NCBI GenBank assembly: GCA_022819855.1
Contig: JAJEGN010000005.1
Span: 69,724 to 133,723 of the forward strand
Length of the DNA stretch: 64,000 bases
Reading direction: 5' to 3'
Source: Gammaproteobacteria bacterium
GTDB taxonomy: Bacteria; Pseudomonadota; Gammaproteobacteria; Steroidobacterales; Rariloculaceae
In this document: one piece after another, positions 19,423 through 28,950 of the stretch
How positions within the stretch are numbered: position 1 is the first letter of the stretch
Layout of the letters: each line of letters starts with the position of its first letter
The notes under the pieces: generated by a model
What the model was told of the DNA's origin: nothing
Databases searched by the model: none
Seen by the model: only the letters and a program-made list of their open reading frames with translations
Made by a program: the position numbers and the translations under genes

Positions 19423-19664
19423 CTCGGATCTCCCGGGCCCGGCACTGCCGCGAGCCCAAACTGCATGAAATCAATCATACCCGCGATGGTTCCGGCGGAG
19501 TTTCACAACGTGCTGGCACGCAGATTCCGCGTCGGGGTACAGTGAAAAGGCACTAACGTCCGAGAGCGCCGACTCGCCAGGTTTCGACCCGCGAGCCCGG
19601 GTCCCGGCGGGAGTCACGGACACCAACCCCATCGAATCCGGTCCCGAACAGAGGGAGGAACGGG

Positions 19665-20465
19665 ATGCTGCGCAGTTACCTGATACTCAATCTTTCCGAC
19701 ATGAACCACCTGCCTCTGATGGAGAGATGGCTGCTCAAGGATCATGCTCGCGAGACGATCGGCCAGCTCGATCCGATCCTCGAGCGGTACACGAGCTACC
19801 GCGCGATCCCTGCGCCGGACGGTTCGGAGCGCTTCTACCCGTACAACTGGCGAATGACCGAACACTGGTGGCGCGAGCCTCCCTGGGTCGGCGGCGTCAT
19901 GGACCACGGCACGGCGTTCGGCGAGGTCTGGCCGCCGGGCTACGCGAACGCCGTGGGCATGCCGGAAGGCGCCGCACGCAGCGCCGGCTGGGGCGGGAAT
20001 CCGGGCGGACCGCACCCGCCGGTCATGGTCTTCGTACAGAGCCGCAGAGCGGACGACTTCGTGGGCAAGGGTCTGACGATCGATGACGGCACGAACATAC
20101 GCTGGATCACGGCGCACAAGTACCCGGACGGCGTGCCGGTCGACGAGGGCGAGGACTGGTTTCTCAACGTCCACGTCAAGGAAGTGGCGGAGCAACCGGG
20201 ACTCAAGCGCTTCTTCAGCTACAAGCAGGTGGAACAGCCGAGACTCGGCCCGTTCGTGAGGGTATCCGAACTCTGGTACGAGAACGCCAACGCCTGGCGC
20301 GAGGCGGTCGTCGAATCCCCGCCCGGCTACACGAAACCGGACTGGGCCACCCACGACCAGTATCCCTTTCTGCAGCCCGCGGTGGACTTCGTCTGCCAGT
20401 TCCTGCTCGAGGCGCCGACGGACGACTTCAAGCGCTACCTGAGGCCGTACATCACCACGGCGTAA
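19665..20465 (+). CDS. Tandem EthD-like protein, paralogue 2
   Basis: Shares GEDWFLNVHVKEVAEQPGLKRFFSY and SELWYENANAW blocks with 17109..17882. Confidence 0.5.
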   Translation: MLRSYLILNLSDMNHLPLMERWLLKDHARETIGQLDPILERYTSYRAIPAPDGSERFYPYNWRMTEHWWREPPWVGGVMDHGTAFGEVWPPGYANAVGMPEGAARSAGWGGNPGGPHPPVMVFVQSRRADDFVGKGLTIDDGTNIRWITAHKYPDGVPVDEGEDWFLNVHVKEVAEQPGLKRFFSYKQVEQPRLGPFVRVSELWYENANAWREAVVESPPGYTKPDWATHDQYPFLQPAVDFVCQFLLEAPTDDFKRYLRPYITTA

Positions 20466-20582
20466 TAGGGCGTTTCTGTATCAGCCAATGCGATAGCAGC
20501 TATCGATAAGCACGATTGGATTACCCGCAATGAATCCCCGAGCATGGACGATTCATTCTCAGGAGACTCAGCGGGTTCCAAA

Positions 20583-23156
20583 ATGCCGAAACAACCACTC
20601 GAGCTGAGGCACATTCCTCGTAGCGCCATCGCCGTTGCAGTGTCTGTCGGCCTGTTGCACGCGTCCGGTTCGCAAGCCCAGGAAGCCGATGGCGCCGTGC
20701 TCGAGGAAGTCGTCGTCACTGCCGAGAAGCGCGAAGCGGACCTGCAGAAGACGTCGATGTCCATCCAGGTTTTCACGGCCGAACAGCTCAGGGTCCAGGG
20801 CAAGAAACGCATCGACGAAATCATGCGCGGGATCGTGGGCGTCGCTTCGCAGGGCAGCCAGGTCGGCGACTCCTTCTTCCTGCGAGGCATCGGCGTGGGT
20901 TCCGGGCCACAGCCGCCGGGCACCGCGACACCGGTCGTGGCGGTGCTCATCGACGGCGTTTACCAGAATCGCGGCGAGACGGTGCGCGGCGGCACGCTCG
21001 ACATGGCGCAGGTTGAGGTGATGCGCGGCACCCAGAGCACGACGCTCGGGGCTGCATCGCTGGCCGGCGCCGTCAGCCTGGTTTCGAACGATCCGGTCTT
21101 TGAATTCGAAGGCAACGGTGCGCTCGAATTCGGCAGTTTCGACCTGACCAGTTTCGAAGGCGTGGTCAACGTGCCGCTGGCCGACAACCAGGCCATCCGT
21201 ATCGCCTATTCCGATATCCAGAGGGACGGCTACATTTCGTCCGGCGCCGGCGATTCGGACCTGCAGAACTACCGGATCAAGTACCGCATCCAGCCGAACG
21301 ACGATCTGAACATCGTGTTGACCGCGTCGCAGAACAAGATCGGCGGCAACGGCGTCGACACGAGCGTGCTGACCTATGGCGGCTTCTGGGCGCCGTACAA
21401 CGAGGCTCAGGATCCCCTGCGCCCGGTCGCTCCGCCACCGCCTCCGCCGCCGCCCGGGCCGCCGGGCGGTCCTCCTCCTCCGCCCCCACCCCCACCGCCG
21501 CCGGGGCCGCCGGGTGGCGGCTGCATGCCGGCGCCCTGTTACGACGTGACGATGGGCACCTTGTTCGGCCATATCAACGACGGCACGACGTACCGCGATC
21601 GCGACGACCCCTGGGACGACGGGTATCCGGCGAATTCCTGGCCGAACAGCCCGTTCCGCGACACGACCATCGACCAGTACAGCGTGGAGATCGAGTGGAC
21701 GACCGGAATCGGCGTGCTGAGCATTGCGCCGTCGTACCAGGAGGCGCGTTTCCTGTCTGAAGAACCGCCGCGCGGCACGGACTGGCGCAGCGAGGATCGA
21801 CGGCAGGAGACGACCCAGGTCGATGTCCAGTTGACGTCGTCGCCGGACATGCCGTTCGAGTGGCTCGCCGGGATCTATTACTACGACACCGAGCTCGACG
21901 GGACATTCCGGTCGGCCGGTTTTCCCGGGTTCGGCGCCGGGCCGTTCTGCCCTGCGGTGAGCGTTTCTGAGAGCGCGTATTGCTGGTCGTTCGACAACAA
22001 CGCGCACGAGACGTTTTCGGTCTACGCGAACGCCGCTTTTCCGGTCACGGATGCGTTTCGTATCGTTGCGGGGCTGCGCCAGAGCGACGACGAAAAGTCC
22101 TTCCTGAACCATCCCGACACCCCTGGCGACAGCAGCGGTCCGGGACCGGGAGGCTTTCCTCCGGCGAGAACCGGTTCGAGGGAGTGGGACGACCTCACCT
22201 ATCGCGTAGGCGTCGAATACGACCTGACCGGTGGCGACTCGATGGTCTACGGGATTTTCGCCACGGGTTACCAGGCAGGCAATATTTTCGGGTTTGCCCC
22301 GGCTGGTACGGTCGCCGAGACCCTCGATCAATTGACCATCGGTTACAAGAGCCGCTGGCTCGAGGATCGGGTGCAATTCAACATCGAGTACTTCGATTCC
22401 GAATACCACGACCGCATGCTGGACGGTTCGGTGGGCGTGGAGATCAATCCGCAGTTCGCGCCGCCGTTCCCCGCCTGTTCGGCGTTCCCGTTCCCGAACG
22501 CGGCGTTCTACGATCCGCGCAGCGGTTATGCGTGCTACCAGATACTCAGCTCGACCATTCCCGACCTCATCAGTGAGGGCGTGGACATCGAGCTGAGCTG
22601 GCTCATGACGGACAACGACCGGCTGGATCTGTCGGTGGAGTTTCTGGACTCGATCACGACGGCGCCGACCGGCCTGCCATCGGAAGCCGAGTTTGCTTCG
22701 GCGATGAACAACGCCGGCTTCATGGACGCAGGCACGGTTGCGTCGATGTACGGCAATCTCTCGGCGCTCAACGCGTCATACGATGGTCTGGTGCTGCAGA
22801 ACTCGCCCGAGACGACCATGAACCTGACGTACAGCCACATCTTCCAGATAGCAGACGGCAGCGATCTCACGTTGAGCCTGAATGCCGAGTTGCGCAGCGA
22901 CTACTGGTCGTTGGGCGGCGCGCCGGGAGCGAACATCGCCAACCCCGGCAAGTCCATTCAGGACGACTATGAGCTCTTCAATGTCTATCTGAACTGGGTG
23001 TCGGCCGATGGCAGGTGGTCGGTAAACGCCTACGCGCGCAACGTCGGCGACGAGGCCGTGCAAACGAACTACGGCCCTCCGTTCGGCGGCGGAGCCGAGT
23101 ACGTGACGCTCGCGCCGCCGCGTACCTACGGCGTTGGCGCGACGATTAATTTCTGA
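20583..23156 (+). CDS. TonB-dependent outer-membrane receptor with an internal poly-proline insertion
   Basis: Start at ATG 20583 gives a signal peptide. Plug-domain motif VVVTAEKRE, beta-barrel-length body and terminal aromatic residue (..GATINF). The insertion is PPPPPPPPGPPGGPPPPPPPPPPPGPPGGG. Confidence 0.85.
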   Translation: MPKQPLELRHIPRSAIAVAVSVGLLHASGSQAQEADGAVLEEVVVTAEKREADLQKTSMSIQVFTAEQLRVQGKKRIDEIMRGIVGVASQGSQVGDSFFLRGIGVGSGPQPPGTATPVVAVLIDGVYQNRGETVRGGTLDMAQVEVMRGTQSTTLGAASLAGAVSLVSNDPVFEFEGNGALEFGSFDLTSFEGVVNVPLADNQAIRIAYSDIQRDGYISSGAGDSDLQNYRIKYRIQPNDDLNIVLTASQNKIGGNGVDTSVLTYGGFWAPYNEAQDPLRPVAPPPPPPPPGPPGGPPPPPPPPPPPGPPGGGCMPAPCYDVTMGTLFGHINDGTTYRDRDDPWDDGYPANSWPNSPFRDTTIDQYSVEIEWTTGIGVLSIAPSYQEARFLSEEPPRGTDWRSEDRRQETTQVDVQLTSSPDMPFEWLAGIYYYDTELDGTFRSAGFPGFGAGPFCPAVSVSESAYCWSFDNNAHETFSVYANAAFPVTDAFRIVAGLRQSDDEKSFLNHPDTPGDSSGPGPGGFPPARTGSREWDDLTYRVGVEYDLTGGDSMVYGIFATGYQAGNIFGFAPAGTVAETLDQLTIGYKSRWLEDRVQFNIEYFDSEYHDRMLDGSVGVEINPQFAPPFPACSAFPFPNAAFYDPRSGYACYQILSSTIPDLISEGVDIELSWLMTDNDRLDLSVEFLDSITTAPTGLPSEAEFASAMNNAGFMDAGTVASMYGNLSALNASYDGLVLQNSPETTMNLTYSHIFQIADGSDLTLSLNAELRSDYWSLGGAPGANIANPGKSIQDDYELFNVYLNWVSADGRWSVNAYARNVGDEAVQTNYGPPFGGGAEYVTLAPPRTYGVGATINF

Positions 23157-23331
23157 GCGCACGGTCAGGGTGACCGGCCAGTCGGCGCCCAACGCCTGCG
23201 CGGCCGCCTGGCAGCCCGCGGCAGACACGCGTGTCGCACCGGGATCGGCGAGGCGGTCTTCCGCTGAACGCAGGGGGATTTTCGCGACGGGCTGCCAGCT
23301 TCGTCTATCTTGTTTTTCGAGAGGATTCGTC

Positions 23332-24867
23332 ATGGTCAACAACTACCGGATCGGCAAACCATCCCGACTGTCCCTGCTGGCGGTATTGGCGTCGTGTTGT
23401 GCGATCGCGTTCGCACAGGATGACTCCGGCGACTACCTGACGGTCTACCCGAACAGCCTGACCGATCGGGAGCGGCCCTTCGTCGAGCGGTACCTGGCCG
23501 AGAACCGGGCGATCGCCGAACGCGGGCCGATCGACGTGCAGGCGCTGATCGACGGGTCGCTGCCCGAAGACACGCCGGGAGTCGGTCCCGTCATCGAGGC
23601 GACGCCGGAAATGGTCGCCTACCAGAACGGCAAGTACGATCCCGACAACCGGCTCTACACCGACGCCGACTACGCGCGCGACCTGGGCTACGAAGACCTG
23701 CTCGCCTATCCCACATTCGGGGCGCACGACGATTCGTTCATGGTGCCGTTCCCGGGGCCGGCACGGGACAAGCTGCTGGTTTCCCAGCTCAACCACAGCG
23801 TGACCATGCACCGGCCGATCTATCCGGGCGACCGGCTCTTCCTCGTCGCGGACGAGCGCACGGTCACGGATCTCACGCCGGCCGAAGGCGACACCTACCG
23901 GCGGATCGCCATCTCCACGAAGGGCAGCGTCTACAACCAGCGCGGCGAGAAGGTGAACGATGTCGTTTTCCAGGTTCTGGAAAGCGTCAGACAGTACCGG
24001 GAGGGCATGGCGCCGGAGCCGACCGACGGCCCTCCGGGTCCGGGTGGCATGGCGTTCTGGATCGGCCCCGACTGGATGAGCCGCCCGCAACACGTCTACA
24101 CGGATGAGGACTGGGAGCGGATCGCGACGCTCTGGCGTAACGAACATCGCCAGGGCGCGGAGCCGCTCTACTGGGAAGACGTGAACATCGGCGACCGGCC
24201 GACGGTGACCGTCGATGGTCCCGTCATCGAGAGCGTGAGCCCGCGCGCGCTCGTGGGGCTGGGCGCCGGCGGCAACCGCACGCTCAGGGCGGAGATACTT
24301 GCCGGCGACGGGTCCCTGGTCCGGCGGGAAGATGGCATCTATACAACCGAGGATCGCGAGGATCACGTCCCGGAGGCGCCGGGAATGGCGGGTGGTCCGC
24401 CTCCCGGCGCGCCGCCGCCTCCACCACCGCCGGAACTGGAACAGGGCCGGATCGACACCACCGAACTGCATGAGACCGTTCCGGACGAGCGTGGGATCCT
24501 GATCAACTACATGGCTCGCGACTACGCCGTTCGCCACGTCAACAACTGGATGGGCGATCACGGCTGGTTGCAGAACATCCGTTGGGGAATCATGCCCGTG
24601 GAGCTCATGGCCGACGCAGGCTATGACGTTCCGAGACATCCGACGGCGGCGAGCTTCCTCGACAAGGTGCCGGACATGGAGGGCAGGTATATCAACGCTC
24701 ACGGCCTGACCACGGATCTCGCGATCGTCAATTCCTACGTGTACGACAAGTACTACCGCAACGGTGAGCCGATGGTGGAGCTTGCGCTGTGGGCGGAGTC
24801 GATCGACGGCTACATCTGGTGGGCCGGCGGGGCGACCGTGAGGTTGCCGTCGAGGGGCGTGAACTGA
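23332..24867 (+). CDS. Secreted protein, possibly double hotdog (MaoC-hydratase-like) fold; tentative
   Basis: Start moved to ATG 23332 (GAGGA upstream), giving the signal-like SRLSLLAVLASCCAIAFAQ. YTDADYARDLGYEDLLAYPTF resembles MaoC N-terminal halves. Contains a GGPPPGAPPPPPPP tract. Confidence 0.45.
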   Translation: MVNNYRIGKPSRLSLLAVLASCCAIAFAQDDSGDYLTVYPNSLTDRERPFVERYLAENRAIAERGPIDVQALIDGSLPEDTPGVGPVIEATPEMVAYQNGKYDPDNRLYTDADYARDLGYEDLLAYPTFGAHDDSFMVPFPGPARDKLLVSQLNHSVTMHRPIYPGDRLFLVADERTVTDLTPAEGDTYRRIAISTKGSVYNQRGEKVNDVVFQVLESVRQYREGMAPEPTDGPPGPGGMAFWIGPDWMSRPQHVYTDEDWERIATLWRNEHRQGAEPLYWEDVNIGDRPTVTVDGPVIESVSPRALVGLGAGGNRTLRAEILAGDGSLVRREDGIYTTEDREDHVPEAPGMAGGPPPGAPPPPPPPELEQGRIDTTELHETVPDERGILINYMARDYAVRHVNNWMGDHGWLQNIRWGIMPVELMADAGYDVPRHPTAASFLDKVPDMEGRYINAHGLTTDLAIVNSYVYDKYYRNGEPMVELALWAESIDGYIWWAGGATVRLPSRGVN

Positions 24868-24945
24868 CCGATCCGGGGGCTCCGGCAGTCAGGCAGACGG
24901 CAACGTAACCGTTCGGCTGCAAGCGAAGGAAGACGGGGACGACTG

Positions 24946-26541
24946 ATGCGATTCTCAACAGCAGCGTTTGCAACAGGCTTGGCAGCGCTTGCGATGGCGG
25001 GCGGCCTGACAAGCGTCGCGTCGGCACAGGAAGGGGCACCGGGAGGTCCAGCGCCCGAGGGGGCGCAGCCGGGCGGGCCGCCGCCCGGTGGACCGCCACC
25101 GGGAGGATTCCCACCGGGCGGACCGCCGCCTGGGGGGTTTCCGCCTGGAGGGCCGCCCCCTGGAGGGTTTCCGCCCGGCGGGCCGCCGCCCATGCCATCG
25201 ACCGCCGATACCGAATACACGGCGGCAATCCATGTCGAGGATGGCCGCTTCGATGCGGAACGATCCGAGTCCGAACAGGTCATCATGGCTGGCCGCATCG
25301 ATGACTCGGCCGCGGTCGATGTCCGGATCGAATCCGACCGGGACGACTTCAACGGCGTATTCGTGCGCGGAGAAGCGTCGACCTTTGCGCTGACCGACGC
25401 GACGATCAGGCTCAATGGCGACGGCAGCAACGACTTCCTCGGGCTCGGCGCCGGCGTGATGGCCGAAGGCGGCGCCACGGTCATCGTGACGGACGTCGAC
25501 ATCGAAACGAACGGCGTGATCGCAGCGGCTACCATCGCAACGGGGAACGCGGTCATGCGTGTGTATGACTCGACGCTGCGCGCCAATGGCGGGGAGCTTC
25601 CCGATGACTTCGTTCCGGTGATCGGTCCGGGCATGAAGACGCCGCCGGCGCCGCTCGGCATCACCGGCACGGCGCGCACGAACGTGACGATGGGCAACGC
25701 CCGGAGCTACTTCTACGACTCCACGATCATCGCCGAAGGCTGGGGCGCGCTGTCCACGGACGCCTGCGGCGGCGACGTCTATCTCGAGGCCAACGACTCG
25801 GTAATCATCGTCAACAACAGCGGCTATGGTCTCTACGCCGACAACGGCTGCACCGTCGTCTTCAACGACTCGACGATCACGTCAGCCACCTACGGCGGCA
25901 TTCTGGCCGGCGTCGGCTACATCACGTTGAACAACGTGGCGACGGAAGCGGCGAAGAACGTCCTGATGATCCACAGCGTGTTCGGGCGCCCGTCGGAGTC
26001 AGGCAGCGTGACCATCAGCGGGGGCAGCCATCAGAGCGGCGAGGCGATCGTTCTCGTGAAGAGCGCCAACCTGAATCTCGAAATCGACGGGGCGACACTC
26101 GATCCGGGCGACGGCAATCTCATTCACTCGATCGTCAACGACGACGCCAACAGAACTAGGGTCGACGGCGCCGAGACGCCGGGGATCAACGTAACGCTCA
26201 GCAACATGACCCTGAACGGCGACATTCGGCATGAAGACACCGTGGACCGGGACATGACGGTTTCGCTGCTTGGCACGCACCTGACCGGCGCGGTCGTCGA
26301 TGCGCAAATCAACCTCGATGACGACAGCAACTGGACGGCCACCGGCGACTCCCGCGTTCGCCTCGACGATGCTCGCGACATCGATCGGATCGATGCGCTG
26401 CCGGGAGTGGTCGTCACGGTCGTTGACAGAGACGATGCCATGGTTGCCGCGAGCCGCCGTCTGCCGGGCGGCGGGCAACTCGTCGTCGAGAGTGCTGCGG
26501 TGCCTGCGGCGGCGCTTGCCGCTGCTACGGGCGGACGATAA
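24946..26541 (+). CDS. Secreted protein with N-terminal (PPGGPPPGGF)n repeat and probable parallel beta-helix body
   Basis: Signal peptide AALAMAGGLTSVASAQ, then the Pro/Gly repeat. After that come periodic short beta-strand/turn segments rich in N/G/T/V (..NDSVIIVNNSGYGLYADNGCTVVFNDSTITSATYGG..). Confidence 0.5.
   Translation: MRFSTAAFATGLAALAMAGGLTSVASAQEGAPGGPAPEGAQPGGPPPGGPPPGGFPPGGPPPGGFPPGGPPPGGFPPGGPPPMPSTADTEYTAAIHVEDGRFDAERSESEQVIMAGRIDDSAAVDVRIESDRDDFNGVFVRGEASTFALTDATIRLNGDGSNDFLGLGAGVMAEGGATVIVTDVDIETNGVIAAATIATGNAVMRVYDSTLRANGGELPDDFVPVIGPGMKTPPAPLGITGTARTNVTMGNARSYFYDSTIIAEGWGALSTDACGGDVYLEANDSVIIVNNSGYGLYADNGCTVVFNDSTITSATYGGILAGVGYITLNNVATEAAKNVLMIHSVFGRPSESGSVTISGGSHQSGEAIVLVKSANLNLEIDGATLDPGDGNLIHSIVNDDANRTRVDGAETPGINVTLSNMTLNGDIRHEDTVDRDMTVSLLGTHLTGAVVDAQINLDDDSNWTATGDSRVRLDDARDIDRIDALPGVVVTVVDRDDAMVAASRRLPGGGQLVVESAAVPAAALAAATGGR
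25081..25191 (+). repeat. In-frame 30-nt tandem repeat, 3.7 copies, encoding PPGGPPPGGF
   Basis: Units at 25081-25110, 25111-25140 and 25141-25170, plus a partial unit at 25171-25191. All differences between units are synonymous. Confidence 0.9.
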
Positions 26542-26619
26542 TTTCGCTTGCAGCGATTGACCCGAAGCTGACTCTTGTCGACCCCGGCTGCGGGATCGGC
26601 GACGCTCCGAATGCCGCTC

Positions 26620-27243
26620 TTAGCGGTCGATATATCTGTAACGTAAAGTCTCCCCGCTGCCTTCCACCGTAAGGTCGGCAAACGGGTTGTAGTCCGTGTT
26701 CTTGACGACTCTCCATAGCTTGAAAAGCTGCGGCAGGAACACGCCCCAGTTGCCGACCTCCTGCGCGCAGTGTTCTGCCCAGACCAGCCCGTCCGCATGT
26801 GTTTCCTTCTTGCGCGTGCCGATGCCTGTCGAACGGCCCTTGACCCCGTAGTCGGTCTTCTCCCACTGGTGGATGCGGTACCCCATCGGGTCGGGGTTCT
26901 CCATGCTCTCGGGACCGAATCCAAGCCCGGCCACGACGACGACGTGCTCGTACACGATCAGCTCCTTGATCCACATCGGCACCTCGTCGAGATCCTCGAA
27001 GCGGATATACAGGTTCCGTCGCGTACCGTCCGACCACGTCTGCGGCGCCAGGTGGATCGACTTGATCGGGTTGCCGTGCTTCGGCGGCACTTCCCAGGTC
27101 AGAGGTTCATGTTCCTCCGGGTGCCAGAGAATGAACCCCTTTTCCATGTTGCTCCAGAACCAGTCGATCATCTCGGCGGTAACGCCTTCGTGCCGCCAGT
27201 GCAGATGTGTTCCGATGTCGTCCTGGGTGACCGTGTATTCCAT
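26620..27243 (-). CDS. Possible DAPG-hydrolase (PhlG)-like metallohydrolase; tentative
   Basis: 207 aa. WFWSNMEKGFILWHPEEHE and the H-x3-E pair in WAEHCAQE recall the Zn ligands of the PhlG family. Called from memory only. Confidence 0.4.
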   Translation of the reverse strand: MEYTVTQDDIGTHLHWRHEGVTAEMIDWFWSNMEKGFILWHPEEHEPLTWEVPPKHGNPIKSIHLAPQTWSDGTRRNLYIRFEDLDEVPMWIKELIVYEHVVVVAGLGFGPESMENPDPMGYRIHQWEKTDYGVKGRSTGIGTRKKETHADGLVWAEHCAQEVGNWGVFLPQLFKLWRVVKNTDYNPFADLTVEGSGETLRYRYIDR

Positions 27244-27308
27244 TGTGCGCCCTCGTTTCTTCCGCGGATTGCCGTCCGGATAGCCTGGTATCGGGTTCGC
27301 CCGAAAAT

Positions 27309-28610
27309 CTACGTTGCGAACGCGTAATCCCTGTCTTCCGCATTCGCGTCAGGGATCTTGCGCATGGTCAGTATGGTCACGAAGGACACGACCAGCAGAC
27401 CGATGAGAACGTAATAGGCGTTGGTCAGCATGCCCGCGTCGTTGAACGCGGCCATGAAGGCAACCGCAAATGCCATGGGGACCGCCTGGATGGTCATGAT
27501 CCACTTGTTGGCGGCCATGAAATGCTTGCGCCCGTAGACATAGGTGGTTATGCACGGGTGCATGGTGGGAACGCCTCCGGTCATGCAGGCGACGCCGAAC
27601 GCCCAGACCACCATCAGGACCTCGCTTCCTCCCACGGGCATGACGGCAAGCGGGACGACGGCAAAGAAGAAGAGGATGTTCAATACGAGCGAAGCCTTGA
27701 TCGACCCCAGCTTGTCGTCGATCCAGCCGATGACGTAACTCATCGGGATGCCTGAAGCGGCACCCACCGACAGCCAGATGAGCGCCTCGCTGACGAACAG
27801 ATTGGGCACGTTTTCGGGCGTGCTGAGGCTGATGTAGCGCACGGCCATGTAGGCCATCATCGCGACGATGACGAATTGCAGAATCCCGTAGGAAACGATC
27901 AGTTGCCATGCCCTGACTTCGCCAAGCAGTTGCCTGACGGTGATCGGCTCCCCCGCATCCTGCTCTTCGGACAGCGGCCGGTGATCGGCGCCGTCGGGAA
28001 ATAGCCCGGATTCCTCGGGCGTATCCTTTATGCCGAATGCGGCGACAAGGACCATTGCGACCAGAATTGCCGCGATGACGGCATAGACGTTCAGCCCGAG
28101 ACCCACGTCATTCGCGAGCCAGTTCATCGCCGCGATGCCGATGATGGAAAACAGCGGAGCTCCCGCGGTGACGACGCCGAGCACCCGTCCCCGGTACTTG
28201 ATGAACCAGTTGGCGGCGAGCAGGAAAGCGCCCAGCAGCAGCGGCACGACGAGCGCGCGTACTACGAACAGGCTCACGGCGTAGATAGCGTAGTTCTCGC
28301 CGGCAAGGGCGATCCCGAGGCAGCCGAGCGCGAGCAGCAGAATCGACGGTACGAGGATTCTCCTGACGCCGTACTTCACGTAGGCCGCGCCGGCCACGAG
28401 GTAAAGCACGATGGAAACGATCGCGGCGGCGGTCACCGGATTGGTGATCGCCAGGTCATCCCATCCATAGGTCGCTTGCAGATAGGGTGTCAGGACATTC
28501 AGGTGATCGGTCTGCAGCCCGGCGTAAAAGAACATCAGAAAGACGCCCAGCAACATCAGCAGTAAGGCCTGCCCGGTAAATTTCCGATCGTTGAACATTG
28601 CGGTACCCAC
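27309..28610 (-). CDS. MFS-type transporter
   Basis: 433 aa and hydrophobic throughout, with about 12 predicted helices. Has a central hydrophilic loop and the loop motif GWIDDKLGSIK. Confidence 0.75.
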   Translation of the reverse strand: MGTAMFNDRKFTGQALLLMLLGVFLMFFYAGLQTDHLNVLTPYLQATYGWDDLAITNPVTAAAIVSIVLYLVAGAAYVKYGVRRILVPSILLLALGCLGIALAGENYAIYAVSLFVVRALVVPLLLGAFLLAANWFIKYRGRVLGVVTAGAPLFSIIGIAAMNWLANDVGLGLNVYAVIAAILVAMVLVAAFGIKDTPEESGLFPDGADHRPLSEEQDAGEPITVRQLLGEVRAWQLIVSYGILQFVIVAMMAYMAVRYISLSTPENVPNLFVSEALIWLSVGAASGIPMSYVIGWIDDKLGSIKASLVLNILFFFAVVPLAVMPVGGSEVLMVVWAFGVACMTGGVPTMHPCITTYVYGRKHFMAANKWIMTIQAVPMAFAVAFMAAFNDAGMLTNAYYVLIGLLVVSFVTILTMRKIPDANAEDRDYAFAT

Positions 28611-28800
28611 GCGATTCGTTGTTGCCGGCGATTATGCATGAGACCGACCGGACGACACGCAGCGCCTTCCAGGCCCTCCCATGCATCCGGCCTAGCCTAG
28701 GGTGCACCGGTCTCAGCGGCCAATCGTTTAGGCAAATACTTCGTATCGGATGGGCAAATCCGGAGAGGCACGCCCGGCGTGGCATCCGTACTATGCGGGC

Positions 28801-28830
28801 TTGAGAGCGTGCGCTCGCAACGCCCATAAT
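28801..28830 (+). promoter_or_regulatory. Putative sigma70 promoter of tRNA-Arg copy 2 (TTGAGA - 18 nt - CATAAT)
   Basis: Duplicate of the 11110-11139 block. GCGGGCTTGAGAGC..CATAATCCG is conserved between the copies. Confidence 0.35.
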
Positions 28831-28859
28831 CCGTTCGACGGCTTGCTGCCGTTACGACC

Positions 28860-28935
28860 GCGCCCGTAGCTCAGTGGATAGAGCGCTGCCCTCCGGAGGC
28901 AGAAGTCGGGGGTTCGAATCCCTCCGGGCGCGCCA
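28860..28935 (+). tRNA. tRNA-Arg (anticodon CCG), second identical copy
   Basis: 76/76 nt identical to 11162-11237. Confidence 0.95.
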
Positions 28936-28950
28936 TTTTGCGATGTTTCG

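Noticed and set aside
19461-19480. ATGA-N6-TCAT dyad upstream of the LysR gene as its operator.
   Set aside because: The dyad is short and does not fit T-N11-A spacing cleanly. It cannot be distinguished from chance.
21424-25191. Pro/Gly-coding GC-rich repeats as a CRISPR-like or satellite array.
   Set aside because: They lie in frame inside three coding sequences. There is no repeat-spacer periodicity and no cas genes.
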